Positions 39,501 to 52,629 of a stretch of DNA of 64,000 bases are shown here, piece after piece. The position numbers and the translations under genes are program-made. The stretch spans positions 61,504,001 to 61,568,000 of the forward strand of contig CM059430.1 in NCBI GenBank assembly GCA_030390025.1. Reading direction: 5' to 3'. The notes below the pieces were generated by a model. It was not told the DNA's origin and made no database searches. It saw only the letters and a program-made list of their open reading frames with translations. This DNA is from Squalus acanthias. Its lineage: Eukaryota. The stretch's first letter is position 1. Each line of letters begins with the position of its first letter.

Positions 39501-40502
39501 CCATGTAGGCAAGAAGGCATTTTGTTTTTATAAAGTGGTGTTACTGAGAGCAGCTGCTTGATTTGTCTTTGTCACTGATTCAAATAGGGTCCAGAAAATT
39601 AGGCAGTGTTTGGATAGTGAATGATACACCATAACTCTCACTTTGAACGCAACTAGGATTGTAGTTTTATCTGATGTTCGGTCATTACTGCCACATAAAT
39701 CTATTCGAAACAGGGTAAGAGCATTTCTCAGATCCAACCCCATCCATAAACGTGGTTTGTACAAATAGGCCCTGAGGTTACTCCCTGAGAACAATATAGG
39801 TATTATCTGCAATTTGTCCTCTTCCCTCTTTTAGAGGAGGCGGTTGTCGTTCTGTTTTAAAAGGATTCGTGCATCCGGTGAAATGAGGAACAGAGAAATT
39901 TTGGACGAACGCATTCCCAGTGTCAAAGCTACTGTGTCACAGCATAACTACAGACCCAGCTATTTACGGACCATTGAATAAGACCTTTGAATTTATGCAG
40001 TACAACATTCGGTTAGGAATCTTTACGAATTCATAACAACTTCTTCCATCGGTTATTTCAACACAGACATTAACCAATTTACTTCAAAGAAGTTGCTGTC
40101 TCCAGTAAAATAATGGGCAGGAAATTTAATATGCACACCTTCAGCGATCCTGTGTTAATATCACACAGGGCAATTTTCAGACTAAAAGCTTATTTAAATT
40201 GGAAGGAATCTTATCTTATTGCAGTATCTCTATGTGACTCTAGCTCTAGTGTGCGTCTGATGCGGTTTGTGTACAATCAATGTAATCATCGGTGGCAAAT
40301 TTACGAATTCGATATAAGCATAAACAGGACTGTTTGCACCTAACTCCTTGTTTTGGGCATTTTTTGTCTTTCTGTTCTGGGCGTTTTATGAAAGGCACTG
40401 AGCCCGTGTGCGTTTTCAAGAAGGTGAAATATGGATACAAGCTAAACATTGCTTCATCTCAAAGTCTCAAACAGTTGTATGTAGCGTATGCAGGTAACTT
40501 AC

Positions 40503-40538
40503 CTGTTTCTGATTCATTCTGATCCGATTTAACTGTAC
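40503..40538 (-). other. Candidate 36-nt orphan exon (GTVKSDQNESET), phase 1-1
   Basis: cttctgtaccgctcacag|...AACAG|gtaagt; strong sites on both sides and an open frame. Confidence 0.45.
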
Positions 40539-40829
40539 CTGTGAGCGGTACAGAAGCAAGATTTTGAAAAGGGATAAAGCTGGTTATCACTATTAAATAC
40601 ATTGTATTTACAGCAAAGTAAATTGAAATGCAATTTTCAAAGTAAAACAATTGACTGGTAACTAGCAATGGTGCTCGCTGGAACTACAGCTTTTAACTAA
40701 AAGGAGAGCTATCGTGCCGCTGTTAAGTTGTAGGTATACATTTGAGACTAAAAGCCGCTTAGAGCATGAAAGGACCGTAGCTGTACACTGTTCGCTGGTC
40801 AGGCAAAGCGGAGATTGGCCTGAATGTCC

Positions 40830-41620
40830 TGAATGGGCTGATAAGTGGCAGGTAACATTCGCGCCACACAAGTGCCAGGCAATGACTATCTCCAACAAGC
40901 GAGCGTCTAACCACCGTCCTTTGACTTTCAACAGCATTACCATCGCCGAATCCCCCACCATCAACATTCTGGGTGGTCACCATTGACCAGAAACTTAACT
41001 GGAACAGCCACAGAAATACTGTGGCAACAAGAGCAGTTCAGAAGCTGGGAATTCTGCGACGAGTGTCTCACCTCCTGACTCCCCAAAGCCTTTCCACCAT
41101 CTACAAGGCACAAGTCAGGGTTGTGATGGAATACTCTCCACTTGCCTGGATGAGTGCAGCTCCAACAACACTCAAGGAGCTCGACACCATCCAAGTCAAA
41201 GCTGCCCACTACTTTGGCACCCCATCCACCACCTTAAACATGCACTCCCTCCACCACCGGCGTACCGTGGCTGCAGTGCATACCTTCTACAAGATGCACT
41301 GCAGCAAATTGCCAAGGCTTCTTCGGCAGCACCTCCCAAACCCACGACCGCTACCAGCTAGAAGGACAAGAGCAGCAGGCGCATGGGAACACAACCACCT
41401 CCAAGTTCCCCTCCAAGTCACACATCCTCCTGACTTGAAAGTATATCGCCGATCCTTCATCGTCGCTGGGTCAAAATCCTGGAACTCCCTACCTTCACCA
41501 CAGGGACTGCAGCCGTTCAAGAAGGCAGCTCACCACCACCTTCTCAAAGGCAACTGGGGATGGGCAATAAATGCTGGCTTTGCCAGCGGCGCCCACATCC
41601 CAAGATCGAATAAATATAAA
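40830..41620 (+). mobile_element. Second-family CR1/L2-group LINE, 3' fragment
   Basis: WADKWQVTFAPHKC; LSTIYKAQVRVVMEYSPLAWMSAAPTTLKELDTIQ. Confidence 0.85.
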
Positions 41621-42226
41621 AAAATAAACAATGTACCTGACTGTCCGTATTGGAAAAGTCCAGTTCAACTGTGTCTAAATCCTGGTCCAATATTAGCAAA
41701 AATTGAATTGGTTATTCTGCTCAAGAACAAAAAAAAAGTTATAAATGAAGTTTGAAACGATACTTTTGAATCAAAAACCTCAAGTCTCCGAATGAATAGA
41801 GTTTCACATTCCAGAAACAACATTGGTGCTCAGTAAAACTAAGGAGCTTTGGCTTAGCGCCTGCTGTATTTAAATACAAGTAGAACAAAGTGAAAATTTG
41901 AACATTCTGTTTTTTTTGTGGCGTTTTCTGAATTTGGCAAAGAGCCAATGCTTAACCTACACTATCATCGAGTTAACCGATTTTAGCTGGACGGGGAGTG
42001 GAATTCTGTGCATACCATTGGAGCAGCGCTTTGTTCCGTTTGAATGTGGTGTAGAGCCAACAGAATAACTTGCATCGCCCGGCTCTGCAGCCTCGATTTG
42101 CCTCCATGAGCGCAATTTGAAAATTTCACGTCCATTTTCAAAATTTTAATTGTACGAAGGCAAGTATCACTGATCACTAAAAAACTTTTCTCCCCTTTAA
42201 GCTGTTTCAGTTGATTAGTTTTTGTA

Positions 42227-42365
42227 TTATATATATAAACTCTTTGTCCTATCTGTACAACTACGTAATATAAATGGATTAGCGAGGATAAGTAGCAACA
42301 TTAATATTGCCAATGAACCCACTACAATATGAGGGATTCTATAATTGGAGGAGGCAACATTTGTT
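42227..42365 (-). other. Candidate orphan transmembrane exon (IPHIVVGSLAILMLLLILANPFIL)
   Basis: About 24-aa hydrophobic stretch in unique DNA after a pyrimidine-rich AG acceptor; donor site unclear. Confidence 0.4.
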
Positions 42366-42845
42366 CTTACAAGATATATGAAATAAAGGCAAAACTGACA
42401 TGTTATATGTAACTTCATTTAATTGATATGAAGACAACTGTATTAGATGTTAGCCCTACAAGTTACTTGGTTATTTGCAGAGGAACGTAGGAATTGCTGG
42501 ACGAAAAAATACAAGATTCCATCTTGCTCCCCTTCTACCATCCTGGTTGTCGCATGATACAATGCTAAAGGAGTTGTTAACTATTCACGGCAATCAGTCT
42601 CTATCAATTAGTCTACAGCATGCTTATACATGACGCGAGGAAAACCCCAGTGGTAGAGAGCTTTGGGAACCAAAGGGCCAAAGTCTCCTGTTCCTCCCAA
42701 GCATGCTACACTTACCACATGTCCTTTCTCAAATTAATCATATATTGTATCCCTAAATGTTATTTTTTGAAATAAATCTAATTTGCATTTGAATGATTCA
42801 ATGCTAACAATTTCAATTGAGAGACAGTTGGCTTTAGTTCTCCAA

Positions 42846-43265
42846 AAGCAACACACTGCGGATGCTGGAAATCTGAAATAAAAACAGTAAATTCTGGAAA
42901 TACTCAGCAGGTCAGGCAGCATCTGTGGAGAGAGAAACAGAGTTAACGTTTCAGGTCGATGTCCCTTCGTCAGAACAGTTCTGTCGAAGCGTCATCGATC
43001 TGAAACGTTAACTCTGTTTCTCTCTCCACAGATGCTGCCTGACCTGCTGAGTATTCCCAGCATTTTCTGGCTTTACGTCGCCTCGGAAGCATAGCTTCAA
43101 AGGTCCACGGTATTATCCAAGTATCTCACCAGTTCAGAAGAAGGATAAACGACCTGTAAAGTTAACTTTGTTTCTCTCTCCACAGATATTGTCTGATCTG
43201 CTGAGTATTTACAGTATTTTCTGTTTTTATTTCAGATTTCCAGCATCTGCAGTATTTCGGTTTCA
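42846..43265. mobile_element. Penelope pLTR fragments in inverted arrangement (about 92-bp-arm palindrome centred near 42977, plus a third copy)
   Basis: 42884-42976 is the near reverse complement of 42978-43069. Confidence 0.8.
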
Positions 43266-43914
43266 TTATCGAAGTATCAATCCTTATCATATTGGTTTAA
43301 ATTATTTAGTCTGCTATTTTGTAGCAGAAGCGATACTTTTGACTAAACGAGTTAATGTGTCTGGTAAAATAGTGACAAAAAGAATTCGATAGCAATGCCT
43401 GAAGCGTTTGTATAATCACATAGCCTGATTTCAAAGTTCACATATTTTGTAGTTATTTTCATATTGAAATATAAACAGAAATGAATACTTTATACATCTG
43501 AGCGTTCCGTTAAATGAAGACAGTAGAGCATTCTTCAGACAACAATCCCATAGCCATTCAAACATAACAGATAAATATAGACTGATTATAGAATAGTGGT
43601 GGATCTCCCCTGACCAGGCTCGCCCCTACTGGTATGTCTTTTAGCTGCATTGTTGTAACAGGCTGAGCAAATTCATAGCCCCACATCTGGAGCAAGTTAG
43701 GAATAGCACGGGTTCTTGTATAACTATTTTAAGAGGATGCAGTGCGATCCTGTGGAGAGCGGGAAGATAGGAAGTGTTACTGTTACCTTTACCACATTAC
43801 CCATTGATATCAATGGACTGGGAGTGTTTCAGCCTCAGCTAAGCTGTACGATTTTATACGAAATAGCCAGTTCCCGTGGGGTTGCATATCTGAAGTCAGA
43901 ATATATGATATATG

Positions 43915-44130
43915 CTTTATCTGTCTCTGTTGTCTTCGTGTTGCTATTTCTCTCTGTCTCTGCTTCTCTGCTTTTGTCTCTCTTTCTCTTCTCTTGCTTC
44001 TGTCACACTAAATGTCCTCTTTGCCTCTCTCTCACTTAAACACGGACACACTCAGTGCCTCTCTCTTTCTCTCTCTCTCCTTCTCTCCCCTCCTTTCTCC
44101 CAGGTCTCTTCGGCCTCTCCGCCTTTTACT
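43915..44130. repeat. CT-rich low-complexity/microsatellite
   Basis: Degenerate (CT)n and (CTGT)n runs. Confidence 0.7.
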
Positions 44131-45069
44131 TCTCCCGATATTTCTTTTCATACGTGGGGTGACATGTTATCCTTGCAAAATAAGCTGCTGATGACTGCAG
44201 TTTCACGTATGAAATGTACAGAAAAGGAAATATTTCTGTATGTCTGTCTACAAATTTGTGTACGTATGTGTCTCTGTCTTTCTGTGCCTTTCATAAGTGT
44301 CAGACATTAGAATATTTCATTTTCTACCTGTCAAAATAACACAGGAGAGACGCTTACACGCCTTCTGTTTGTTTTAAGATTTAACAATCTTTGAAACTTT
44401 TACTAAACGTATGGTGAGAAAAGAGCTTCTCGACCAGCTCAATGTACTTTCTAAAGTTTATAGAAAAACAAAACAAAAGCTTCAACAGATGTGTACTCAC
44501 CGCATTTTCATTCTTCTCTCATTCTTTCTCTCTCACAGTTAAAGCGGGAAGCCAGGGAGCCTAATTTCTGGGCCATTGTTCTCACATAAATACGCAAATA
44601 AATGTTCCCTAGCTTTCCTTTAAATAACTTTGATAAACAACTGAGAATAAATTGCTTGATGTTAAAGAAAAATATTCCCCCGTACTGTTGACTGAAAGGT
44701 ATTGATTCATCCTAGGAAATTAGAGACACTGCACTTCTTCAGTATCTGCTTTCAACGAACAGAATCACAGCTCTGGGCAAAAATATCAAGTCGGAGCCTA
44801 GCTTTTGGGATAGACTGAGGTCTTAAAGTAAACATTTAATGAAGACATTAAAGAATACAAGAGAAAATTCAACGGATAGATATAATAACTTTGTTATAGT
44901 TAATGTTTTCTTTAATTCTTCATAAATGGAAACAATTATGGATTATTTTATAGAAAATATTTTGAGTGACTTTTTGGGAACACATAATACAGCACCACAT
45001 GATTTTACAGGGAGTTGTTATAACTCAGCGCTTGGAGTAACATTGGAAACCCTATTACAATATCATCTA

Positions 45070-46215
45070 CATTAAGTACTGCCAGCCTTTTTAGTACCTC
45101 CACTTTATCTATTTTTATCACATCCAGTATCCTGGCAACCTCCTCGTTTACCATAGCTTTGCCGAAGTCATCTTCCTTGGTAAACAGCGATTTAAAGTAC
45201 TCCTTTAGTACCTAAGCCATACCTTCTGCCTCCACCAATAGATCTCAACTTTGGTCCCTAATTGGCCCCACCGCTTCACTGATAAACCTTTTACTGTTAA
45301 GATGACTATAGCAAACCTTTCGATTCTCGTTTATGCTAGCCGCCGATCTATTCTCTTATTGTCTCTTTGTCCCTCTTATTTCCTCTTTTACTTCTCCTCT
45401 GAACGTTTTATATTCAGCCAGATTCTCCCTTGTATTGCAAGCTGACATCTGTCATACGCCCCCTTTTTCTGCTTCATCCAACTCTCTAATTCCTTTGTCA
45501 TCCAGGGAGCTCTGGCTTCGGCTGCCCTCCCTTTCCCCCTTGTGGGAATGTACCTAAATGTGCCCGAACCATCTCTTCTTTAAAGGCCATCCATTGGTTT
45601 ATTACATATCTGTCTGCCGGTCTTTGACTCCAATTTACCTGGGCCAGATCCCTCCTCAATTCGCTGAAATTAGCCCTCCTCCAGTTACATATATTTATTC
45701 TAGATTGCTTCCTGTCCTTCTCCATAACAGTCTAAACCTTACGAAACCATGATCACTATTCTCGAGATGCTCCTCGACTGACATTCTCCACTTGACCCAC
45801 TTCATTCCCCAGGACAAGATCCAGCAATGGTAGTGTAAGGGATATACCTTTTTGCTGCTGCTGATGGCCTGCAATGCCTCATGGATGCCCATTTTTGAGC
45901 TGCTACATCTCTTCTGAATTTATCCCATTTGGCACGCTGCTAGTGCCACACAACACGATGGAAGGTGTCCTCAATGTGAAGATGGGACTTCGTTTCCACA
46001 AGGACTCTGCAGTGCTGACTCCTACCAGTACTGTCGTGGACAGATGCATCCTCGATAGGTAGATTGGTGAGGGCGAGGTCAAATGGGTTTTTCCCTCATG
46101 TTGGTTCTGTCACCACCTGGGACAAGCTTAGTCTGGCAGCTATGTCCTTCAGGACTCAGCCAGCTCGGTCAGTAGTGGTGCTACCAAGCGACTCTTGGTG
46201 ATGCACATTGAAATC
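45070..46215 (-). mobile_element. CR1 ORF2 fragment followed by a second-family LINE fragment
   Basis: NWRRANFSELRRDLAQVNW; EHLENSDH; 45830-46215 matches 60080-60330 in reverse. Confidence 0.7.
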
Positions 46216-46230
46216 CCCCCGCCCAGTTTA

Positions 46231-48660
46231 TGGCCGGCAATTTTTACTGATACTGGCAATTCCACTGAAATACATCGGGGGGAATTTCCTGGGGGGTCAG
46301 CAGGCGTGTTCGGTGGTAAGTCGTGTGGGAATTTTTTTTTAGACAGCTGTCAACCCGCTGTCATGTGCCTTTCCCAGATGTTGGGTCTGTCAGCACTGAA
46401 CAGACCCGACATACAACAGCAAGGGAGACAATTGAAGTCATTATGACCTTGTTAACAGCCCAATAAGAAGTTGTTTGAGCTTACTGTTACATTTTACGAG
46501 GTCCACGGGGTCCACGCTGCTCGGAGATCATGTCAAGTAAACAGGTCGGGAGTTTTATGACCATGGAATCATCTCATTACCTGACAGCTTGAAATGTGCT
46601 TTAAAAGCTTCCATCTCACATCTGTTCACTTTCGAAGCTCAGAAGCTGTTGCTTACTGCATTTGGAAGACCGATTTAGCTTTAAGCAGGTTGCAAGTGTT
46701 TGGAGCAAACTTCTATCCAGTGTCACCTGATTGGAACAACCTATCTCACCATTGACAGATTGTTTCTGTCAGTCAGGGGCAAAATAATTTTGGGCAGCGG
46801 GATGGAAACAGCAGCGGGGTCGGGAGCTGCCACCGACCTCGCCCGCCACATTCCTGCCGAGGTTGGTAAAATCCAGCTGAATTTTATCGGCACTCAGAGG
46901 GCGGGTTTGGAGGTTCCCCAGCTGTCAAAATCAAAAAGATATCCCACTCTGAACCCGCCTCTTTGTCAGTTACCCAAGTGTCATTTCTGCCTGTGCTTTG
47001 CAGACACGGCACTAAGCGGCGGGTCATTCAATTGTGCTTCTTAGGAGGGTGTTTAAAGTAATTAAGTCCCCATTTTCCTAGTTCCAAAGCATTTTGCCAA
47101 GTTTTCCACGAGGTTCCCGTCGCTCAGAGATCACGCCAGGTAAGTATGTCGGGGTATGAACAACTCTCCATTTCTTTCAATCGGTGACAGCTGCAAAAGT
47201 GGTTTAAAACCTACCATTTGAAAGCTGGTCAGTTTCCAATCTCAGAAGCTTCAGCCTTCAGTATTCAGAACCCACTTTGAGCTTTATACACTTTTGAATT
47301 GTTCTGAGTAATCTCTCTATCCACTGTCACCTCCTTAGAACAACCTATCACAACAGTGACAGATTGCTTCTGTCATCTGAATCTCACCTGCCATCTATTC
47401 CCTCAGCATTGGTGTCCTTGAAATAATCTCATCTTGGTCCTCAGAATTCCAAAACGATGAGCCCCAACACCAGCATCACCGGGCACACCAGCAGCACTAA
47501 CATCCACACCAAACTTCTCCGTAATCAACTGATGCTGCACTGGACACAGGGCATCATCACCTGTGCACATTGCTGCCCGGGATGCCAGCGATGGACTCAC
47601 CATGTCCAGATTAGCTTCACGTAACACGGTATACCCTGGCTGCAAATCATGCACCAGGTTGGCAACACCCCATATCAGCATACCTACAATGTCCAAGGCA
47701 TTCCTTTCACACTCATCACCATTGCGGGAGGGGGCGGTGTTGGTGGGGGGTGGGGGGATTGTTGACGCTATGTGTCACCATTCACTGCAACTCACTAAGA
47801 CACTTTCAAATGTGCATACAAATCTGTCCAAGAATGCAATGTGTTGAAAATAAAGATTTCAATGTTTGACAGCACATTATCAGAAACTTCACATGAATAT
47901 AGGCTAAACCACCCAAGTGCCTACACTTGTGTGTTGTTAGTTGGTATGCTTGCAGTAGGATGAGGGTGAGTGTGAGGGGTGGCTAGTGAGATGGGGAATG
48001 ATAATGTTCATAGAGCGTGATGGGTGGAGGTGCAAGGTATGTTGGTGTGCGTAAAGATGTGCAGCAGAAGGGTAGGGAAGGCAGATTGATGGGGATGTGA
48101 TGAGTGGCACAGCAGGATGAGGTTGAGTGTGGCTTTGCAGTAACGTTTCATGATCTACTGAGATAATTGAAAGGTGTGCACCACTTGTTCCTCCTGATGA
48201 CATCCCTGCTTGTGTCCTCCTGTGTAATGTGGAACCAGGCTGTGTTGGTGTCATGGGGAAGTGTCTTCCGCCCATTGGAAGGGAAGAGAACCTCTCTGCT
48301 TGCTGTGACTCCCTCCATAAGCAGATGAAGGGAGTCATGGGAGAGCCTGAGTGCAGCCGTGCACCTTTCTGCAGTGCTTGTCAGTTTTTGCAGCAACTCA
48401 ATGCTGCAGAACACTGACAGTAGAACTGTCAAAATCAATTTGGACATGGCCCTTTTAAGGAAACTGGCTGATGACACATCATCAAATGACGTCATTAGAC
48501 CCGCTTCCTATTAATTGGCCGGGAACCTCACAGGGCGGGTTTAACACGGCCAATTATCGGAATATCTTGTTGGAGGCCGGGATCGAGACAAGTGCAAGGT
48601 CCTCACATGCCACCGACGTCGCCCGTCCCGGACCCGCCTAGGTTGGAAAAATCAAAGCCA
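46231..48660 (-). mobile_element. Two adjacent non-autonomous PIF/Harbinger elements; the second has a Myb/SANT-like ORF remnant
   Basis: LLMEGVTASREVLFPSNG...TAWFHI...RDVIRR (48148-48495); homologous in reverse to 50408-52393. Confidence 0.7.
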
Positions 48661-48822
48661 ACTCTGTTTCTCTCTCCACAGATCCTGGTTGACCCTGAGC
48701 TTCCAATCGCTTGCCATTTTAATTCTCCGTCCCACTCCCACTCTGACCTCTCTGTCCTCGGCCTTCTACACGGTTCCAGTAAAGCTCAATGGAAGCTCGA
48801 GGAACAGCACCTCATATGGAAA
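48660..48822 (+). mobile_element. Penelope GIY-YIG fragment
   Basis: PIACHFNSPSHSHSDLSVLGL...KLEEQHLI. Confidence 0.75.
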
Positions 48823-49455
48823 GGTGAATGCTCTTGACAGATCGGACGCCTGCCCGAGAGAAGGGCCTCTGTGGGTGGGATAGTTCTGCTTTCTGGAGAA
48901 CCTCCGCCCGCAGAAAACCCTTAGAAATCTTACACCTGGTAAAAGCAGGTGTAAGGCCTGCTTTTACCAGCATAAGAGTCGAAAAAAGTAACAACACATT
49001 TTTTTTCACTCATTTATCATTTAAAAATATTTTAAAAAAGTAAGTTTATTTTCAGACTCGTAAAAAACTTTAATTATTTTGTTCAAAAAATTAAATTTTT
49101 GTTTAAAATATTTAATTTATTGTAATTTCAACTAATTTAAAAATGTGATTTAAATTTTTTTTTAAAATGTTTTACAGTGTTTTTGGGGTGATCTCCATGC
49201 ATATATTTGACAGGTCTATCTGTCAAGTGTATGTCGGGAGATTCCCTTCTGCTATTGGCTCCCCATGGCCCACGTGATCCCAAGGATGCTTGCAACCGCA
49301 TGCGCCTCTGGGATATGTGGGCCCTGCGCATTTCGAGTTGGAGAGGCCCAGGAGCAGAAGTGACTGTATCTCGGCAGCTCTCAGGTAAGTCAGTAGATTT
49401 TTTCCACATGGGAGGCCTCTGCACGCAGGAAGCATTCCATCGCAAAATACGGCCC
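48823..49455. mobile_element. Truncated third copy of the AAT-TSD MITE family
   Basis: Reverse-complement homolog of 20318-20950; ends aaaatacggccc|AAT. Confidence 0.8.
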
Positions 49456-50407
49456 AATATATTTTCCAATTTGAAACAATTAGGTCGGTAGCCAGAGGTC
49501 ACAGATTTATGGCAAAATAATTGGCAAAAGAACGAGAAGGGAAATTAGGAGAATTCTTTTGATGCAGATGTTTGTTAATATCCAGAATGCACTACTTGAA
49601 GGAGTGGTGGAAGCAGATTCCATAGGAACTTTCAAAAGACAATTAGAGATGTACTTGAAGTGGACTGATTTGCAGGATTATCAGGAAAAACCTGGGGTGC
49701 GGGCGTAAATTGGTCAGCTCTTCCAAAGAGCCGGCAGAATGGCCTCCTTCTTTGCTGTAAGATTCTAAGTTTCTACGATTCTATGATGACTATTAGATGA
49801 AGAAATCGAATGGAAAAATTAACGTAATTACACGTCAACAGTTGCTGAAAATTTACTTCAAGTTTTCGGACTGTGTCACAGTGGAACATTTGGTATTGCA
49901 ATTATGAGCCTTCTTGGAAATGCCTATAGTCATTTAGCCCAGAGAATTCGAAAAACCATTCTGTTCACCTAACACATTTAAATTCAGAGAAAAAATGCGC
50001 ATTCAAACGCCACCAATGGAAATACGAGACAATCAGTTCCGAGTTCGCTTTGAGTCTGGAGGACGCATTTATAAGTCCAAAATCATATCCGAATTATTTT
50101 GTTTATTGGCATCATGGTACCACCAAACATACATAATAAAATAGTTTCGACAAATCTGAAGTGATTTAGCCATATCCCCAGATACAACAGCCAAGTGGGG
50201 CGCTATTTAAATCTAATTATATTAATTTCCTCCCTAATGGTTTCTCAATTTGCCCTTTGGGACGAGAACCACAGAAAACTGGATTTAGTCTGTGGTCTGT
50301 GATCTGCTGTTGCAGTCACTTTGATCTGCCAGCAACCGAGGGAGTGAAATTCTACTTTAGTGCGGGTGCAGAATTGGTGGCGGTGGCTGGCCCACCGATT
50401 ATACTCT

Positions 50408-52393
50408 GGCCGGGATTTTGCTGATCTCGGCGGTTCCGTGACGGGCGACGTGGCTGGCGGGTCCCGACCCCGCAGCTGGCTCCAGCACGCGGTGTAAAAT
50501 GAATGTCCCTTGATGGGGTTTGTTTCCTGGCCAATGGATGAAGCGGGTCTAGTGACGTCATTTGATGACGTGTCATCAGCCCGTTTCCTTAAAGGGACCA
50601 TGGCCAACTTTAATTTGACATTTGTGCTGTCAATGTTCTACAGCATTGAGGTGCTGCAAACACTGACAATGATTGCACAAAGGCACAGTGCTCCACCCAA
50701 GCTCTCCTATGACTCCCTGTATATGCTTATGGAGGAAGTCACAGCACACAGGGCAGTCCTCTTCCCTTCCAATGGGCAGAAGAGACTTCCCCAGGAGATC
50801 AACACAGCCTGGTTGCACATTGCAGAGGAGGGCACAAGCAGGGATGTGGTCAGGAGGATTTGGGTTTTGCGCTGCAAATGTTTCAATGATCTCAATAGAT
50901 CAAGAAACGTTAGTACAAAGCCACACTCAACCTCATCCTGCTCTGCCACTTATCACATCCCCATCACTCTGCCTTCCCTACCCTACTTCTGCACATGCTT
51001 CTCACGCCAACTTACCTTGTATCTCCACCCATCCCTCTCTATTCATATTATCACATTCCCATCTCCTGAGCCACCCCTCACACTCACCTTCATCCTAGTC
51101 CAATCATACCAACTAACAGCACACAAACATTGACATCTTTATTTTCAACACATTTTGTTTTTCGACAGATCTGTGTGCACCTTTGGAAGTGGATTAGTGC
51201 AACACGGTGGCATAGTGGTTAGCACTGGTGCCTCACAGCGCCAGGGACCCGGGTTCAAATCCGGCCTCGGGTGACTGTCTGTGTGGAGTTTGCACATTCT
51301 CCCCGTGTCTGCGTGGGTTTCCTCCGGGTGCTCCGGTTTCCTCCCACAGTCCAAAAATGTGTGGGTTAGGTTGATTTGGCTATGATAAATTGACCCTTAG
51401 TGTTAGGGGGGGATTAAATATGTGGGGTTCTGGGGATAGGATGGGATATGTTAGGGGGAATTAAATACGTGGGGTTACGGGGGTAGGGTGGGATATGTGT
51501 ACTGTGGGGATTAAAGGATACAGTGGATGATGAGACATAACGGTGCACCCCGCAATGATGATGCATGTGAAAGGAATGTCTTGGGCATTGCAGGGATGCT
51601 TTATGTTGTTGGTGTGGGGTGATGCCAACCTGGCACATCATGTGGCAGACAGGGTGTACAGCGTCAAGTGAAGTAAATCTGGCCATGGTGAGGCCATCCT
51701 TGTCCTCCTGGTCACCAATGTGGTCGGGTGCTCATGCCCTCTGTCCTGTGCAGCATCAGGTAATTGCGGAGAAGGTTGGTGGTGTTGTTGTTGGTGCTGC
51801 TGGTGTACCTGGTGCTGCTGGTGTCGGGGCTGACCGTGATGGGATTCTGAGGACCAGGCTGAGAGAGTATAAAGGACACCCATGCTGATGGAATAGATGG
51901 CAGTTGAAGTAGAGATGACAGAAGCGATCTGTCAATGGTGAGAGAGGTAATGAGGTCAGACTGGATGGAGACTTGTGTAAAGACTTGCAGCATGGTAAAT
52001 CTGTTGTGGAAATGCAGTGAAGAAGAGCTTGTGGCGGAGGGAAGTTATCTCTGTAAAGTGGGAGCTATTACTGTACATTTGAAGCTGTCAACTCAACAGC
52101 TGATTTAATGGCTACTGAACTCCCGACTCAGCTTGACAGACGTGCTACATGACCAGTGTGGACCCCATGGATGAGCATGTAAAATCAAAACGTGAGCTTA
52201 ATGATCTCTAAATTAGATCATAATATTTGAATTGGGTCCCCCATCGCTGCGCATCGGGTCTGCTTAGCGCTGACAGACCCATCATAGGGAAAGGCGTGTG
52301 GCGGCGGGTTCACAGCAGCGTTCTGACCCACTGAGAAAAAAACACTTTCCCACCCGAAACCCCGCACCTGCTGATCCCTGGACAATCTCGGCC
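50408..52393 (+). mobile_element. Non-autonomous PIF/Harbinger element with Myb/SANT-like remnant, inserted in a small MITE (50340-52437)
   Basis: TIR GGCCGGGATTTTG / GACAATCTCGGCC|TAA; LMEEVTAHRAVLFPSNG...AWLHIAEE...CKCFNDL. Confidence 0.75.
51198..51518 (+). mobile_element. tRNA-derived V-SINE (HE1-like)
   Basis: A box tggcatagtgg, B box ggttcaaatcc, V domain gtggagtttgcacattctccccgtgtctgcgtgggtttcctccgggtgctccggtttcctcccaca. Confidence 0.92.
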
Positions 52394-52629
52394 TAACTGT
52401 CCGATTTTCCTTATCGCAGAAACTTAAAATCTACCCCAGTGTCATATTGGGGTAGAAATTTGTCTTGTGCGTTGGGGCAAAATGGGCGATAGTGAATTGA
52501 CATTTCGTTTTGCACTCCACCCGATTATTTTTTGCTTGAACTAAATGAAATGGAAAATCGGCAGTGTGCAAATCGGGCAGTCGTTTTGCGGTTGTGTGTT
52601 TTCCCACTACCACACAAGAAGAAGAACCA

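Noticed and set aside
51198-51275. tRNA-like sequence
   Set aside because: It is the head of an HE1 V-SINE, not a tRNA gene.
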